From Candidatus Thorarchaeota archaeon (GTDB lineage: Archaea; Asgardarchaeota; Thorarchaeia; Thorarchaeales; Thorarchaeaceae), in contig SDNP01000019.1 in the NCBI GenBank assembly GCA_004524445.1, positions 1-59,004 of the forward strand: a DNA stretch of 59,004 nt, read 5' to 3'. A program made the translations under genes and the position numbers. The notes under the pieces are model-generated. The model saw only the letters and a program-made list of their open reading frames with translations. It was not told the DNA's origin and made no database searches. This document shows, piece by piece, positions 57,954 to 59,004 of this stretch. Within the stretch, counting starts at the first letter, position 1, and the number at the start of each line of letters is the position of its first letter.

Positions 57954-58739
57954 CTATAGTCCTGGAATGGAGGAAAAAATGAGGAGTGCTGCGTTTATAG
58001 CCAATCCAACGACGACCAACCATCTGAATTTCGCTTCATCAATTCGAGAATAGACAAGAATGCCCAACCCAGATCCGATAGCCAATGCCGGCATAACCAA
58101 TAGTGCCTCAAGGCTTAAGGGAAGTGTAATTTGACCGATGAGTGCCAGTGCTACAAGACGATACGACATTAATGTACCAAAAAACGCCGTGAATACAGCC
58201 TTGGTTTGATTACCAGTCCATTCCTCGCTATTGAGCAGATAGGTCCCATATAGAATCATTGGGGGACCGGGAATAGCAACGGAGCCTCCCAAAATACCCG
58301 CCAGAAGACCTGCCACAACGCCATACTTCTTGTCTAAAGAATCAGACCGTCGTTCCATCCATCTCTTGCCAAGATCAGTCATTCTCATGATTATAATCAG
58401 CGCTACTCCCACTGCAAGGGTAAAGCCAATTGCAATCCGGAGTGCGATTTCATCAAGCCCTTGGAAAACAAAGATTCCAAGGGGCATTCCAATTACAAGG
58501 CCACCGATAGGAATAAGCCAATCCTTCCAACTAAACTCCTGTCTAACACTCCATAATACCCGAAGGTTTAGGACAATCGCAACGTATGTGAATATTATAG
58601 AACTTGAATCAGGACTTCTGAATAGGGGCAACAACCCCATCGCAACTTGCGCGGCCCCGAATCCAGCAACCCCATGAATAAAGGTCGCAAGGAGAATCAC
58701 AATCGCGGTTACTCCGGTAATAATTGGATCAAGCTGCAT
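57954..58739 (-). CDS. TauE/SafE (TSUP) family transporter
   Basis: IHGVAGFG, GLLAGILGG...IPGPP; about 8 TM segments (track start 58760). Confidence 0.88.
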   Translation of the reverse strand: MQLDPIITGVTAIVILLATFIHGVAGFGAAQVAMGLLPLFRSPDSSSIIFTYVAIVLNLRVLWSVRQEFSWKDWLIPIGGLVIGMPLGIFVFQGLDEIALRIAIGFTLAVGVALIIIMRMTDLGKRWMERRSDSLDKKYGVVAGLLAGILGGSVAIPGPPMILYGTYLLNSEEWTGNQTKAVFTAFFGTLMSYRLVALALIGQITLPLSLEALLVMPALAIGSGLGILVYSRIDEAKFRWLVVVGLAINAALLIFSSIPGL

Positions 58740-59004
58740 ATCTGCACCCCACTGGAACAACCTCTTTGTCCTAATGTATATCTCGCCTAATTAAACGAAT
58801 GCCTAGGATATGAAACTGGAATCTCCTAGCCTTCTATTTCCATTTTTTGCATTTTGGTTCTCTTTATTGGATATAATTGTCTATAGATTCTGCCAAGTGA
58901 TTTGGAGCTCTATTCTCCTTAAAAAAGCATCAAAAAATCCTCTTATTGTAAATAAAGAAATATAAGCCCATTTTAACTATATTGAAGGTGATAAAGAAAA
59001 GAGA

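Noticed and set aside
1-59004. CRISPR arrays, tRNA/rRNA genes, IS elements, and the many short ORFs overlapping longer genes
   Set aside because: No spaced direct repeats, cloverleaf or transposase motifs seen by eye; the short overlapping ORFs are alternate-frame or antisense shadows without motifs

Overview
A gene-dense archaeal chromosomal segment with about 45 CDS. I found no rRNA, tRNA, CRISPR array, transposase or integrase. The archaeal-type ThrRS, the Tes-like radical SAM, DUF1614, GAGGTG ribosome-binding sites and the style of the giant surface proteins suggest an Asgard archaeon, probably Thorarchaeia (inference, no phylogeny run). Left part: amino-acid and central metabolism (PLP enzyme, ppdK, SDR-type threonine dehydrogenase, threonine ammonia-lyase, saccharopine/lysine dehydrogenase, thrS) and a tetraether-lipid-synthase homolog. 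Centre: two tandem giant membrane-anchored surface proteins, each starting with an apparently circularly permuted family-5 peptide-binding domain. One is fused to an intact subtilase and the other to a GIFT/DUF4350-like domain; both sit on Ig-like stalks, and no ABC permease or ATPase lies in the window. This pair is the best candidate for an undescribed system. Right part: mycothione-reductase-like flavoprotein, SPFH/NfeD pair, ferredoxins, SCP2 + FAD oxidoreductase + CCG operon, giant GNAT protein, orphan LigD polymerase domain, a two-TM protein with a ubiquitin-like segment, NAD salvage genes, PduO, and a SoxB-like metallohydrolase between two TauE/TSUP transporters. All family calls come from motif recognition by eye; no database search was run.
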